A stretch of DNA of 64,000 nucleotides from Candidatus Saccharimonadia bacterium (lineage in GTDB: Bacteria > Patescibacteriota > Saccharimonadia > UBA4664). Shown piece by piece: positions 63,213 to 64,000 of the stretch. Each line of letters begins with the position of its first letter. The first letter of the stretch is position 1. The translations under genes and the position numbers were made by a program. The DNA lies in assembly GCA_038245115.1 (NCBI GenBank), contig JBBRSS010000005.1, positions 3,141-67,140 of the forward strand, in the 5' to 3' direction. The notes below the pieces were generated by a model. The model was not told the DNA's origin and made no database searches. It saw nothing but the letters and a program-made list of their open reading frames with translations.

Positions 63213-64000
63213 CTAATCCTCCTGCTTGGTTAATGCCTTTATTGTAATAAGCTGGCTCAGCTCATATGCGTCGGCGTGAGAGCACAACCCAACGTAAGAC
63301 GTCAGACTGATGATATCCACCCTCTCGAGCGCTCGTAGCTTGGTCTTGTGGCGCAGAACGATACATTGAGGCTTGAGCACATAGCCCAAGAAGTCTATTC
63401 CCTGACCCCAGCTCCGGATGGTGATCTTATTGGGGTGGATCGTAAGACCCAGCCGCACACTTAAGAACTGAGTAATCGGCTCAATCAAATCGAGTAAATG
63501 CTGTCGGTTGGTACTGAGAACAATGAAATCATCACAGTAGCGCAGATAATGCCTCTCACGTAAGCGATTCTTCACGAACCAATCAAACTCATGCAAGTAA
63601 ATATTAGCAAAGAGCTGGCTGGTGAGATTGCCGAGTGGAATACCTTTGCCTGGGCTTGTAGAGAGGCTGTCGATTATCGTTTGAAGCAACTTGAGTGTAT
63701 CTGCGTCAGTAACTTTCTGCTTCAGTAGATCCATAAGAATCTCGTGATCAACCGAGGCAAAGAACTGCTTCACATCACACTTGAGGGCGTACACCGTTTG
63801 GGTGTTGTTATGGCTAGCTTGTCGCAAGAAGGTTCGCAAACGCCTAACTGCCGCGTGAGTGCCTTTTTTCTTGCGGCAGGAATAGCTGTCATAGATAAAC
63901 TGGCGTTCGAATAGTGGCTCAATGGCACTAACGAGCGCCTGATGAACTAAGCGGTCTTGGACAGTAGCCTTATGGATTCGGCGCGTTTTTGGATCGCAAA
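63213..64000 (-). CDS. Reverse transcriptase with diversity-generating-retroelement (DGR)-type signatures; the 5' end runs off the window
   Basis: Manual translation beyond the track ORF gives ...DPKTRRIHKATVQDRLVHQALVSAIEPLFERQFIYDSYSCRKKKGTHAAVRRLRTFLRQ... This covers RT motifs 1-2 ('KCDVKQFFASVDH'), motif 4 'GIPLGNLTSQLFANIYL' with SQ in place of the QG..SP of group II introns, motif 5 'RYCDDFIVL' (YxDD), and a thumb 'IRSWGQGIDFLGYVL'. Confidence 0.7.
   Translation of the reverse strand, partial: CDPKTRRIHKATVQDRLVHQALVSAIEPLFERQFIYDSYSCRKKKGTHAAVRRLRTFLRQASHNNTQTVYALKCDVKQFFASVDHEILMDLLKQKVTDADTLKLLQTIIDSLSTSPGKGIPLGNLTSQLFANIYLHEFDWFVKNRLRERHYLRYCDDFIVLSTNRQHLLDLIEPITQFLSVRLGLTIHPNKITIRSWGQGIDFLGYVLKPQCIVLRHKTKLRALERVDIISLTSYVGLCSHADAYELSQLITIKALTKQED

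Overview
This window looks like the replication-origin region of a compact, moderately GC-rich bacterial chromosome, most likely from a CPR/Patescibacteria (Saccharibacteria-like) organism; that taxonomic guess is an inference from gene content.

- **Origin block (~27.5-34.9 kb).** Jag/KhpB, yidC, rnpA and an unlisted rpmH lie on the minus strand, followed by dnaA, dnaN, recF and a DUF721 gene on the plus strand. DnaA-box clusters flank dnaA, and the dnaA-dnaN spacer carries an AT-rich stretch that looks like an unwinding element.
- **Glycan locus (~0.4-26.7 kb).** Upstream of the origin is a large cell-surface glycan locus: manC, gmd, an rmd/fcl-like reductase, one GT2/GtrB-like and five GT4 glycosyltransferases, a GtrA-like flippase, an FkbM methyltransferase, an OafA-like acyltransferase and a Wzm/Wzt ABC exporter. 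A small phage-like insert (AbrB/MazE-like and DinD/BRO-N-like genes with a distinctive palindrome) interrupts it, and a VapBC toxin-antitoxin pair sits at its downstream end.
- **Type IV secretion locus (~35-51.5 kb).** Downstream of the origin is a tightly packed minus-strand operon: a three-domain peptidoglycan hydrolase, a VirB4 ATPase split into two coupled ORFs, a VirB3-like protein and a 1545-aa VirB6-like protein. Opposite it are five tandem VirB2/TrbC-like pilin paralogs.
- **Accessory segment (~54.9-64 kb).** A tRNA-Ser(GCU) is followed by a four-gene coupled membrane operon, then a lower-GC segment bracketed by two copies of a ~45-nt palindromic element. That segment carries a large serine recombinase interrupted by an in-frame TGA, a zinc-ribbon-rich protein and, at the window edge, a truncated reverse transcriptase with diversity-generating-retroelement hallmarks. 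No TR/VR pair was found inside the window.

Many of the listed ORFs are alternative-frame artefacts inside GC-rich genes and are not reported as features.
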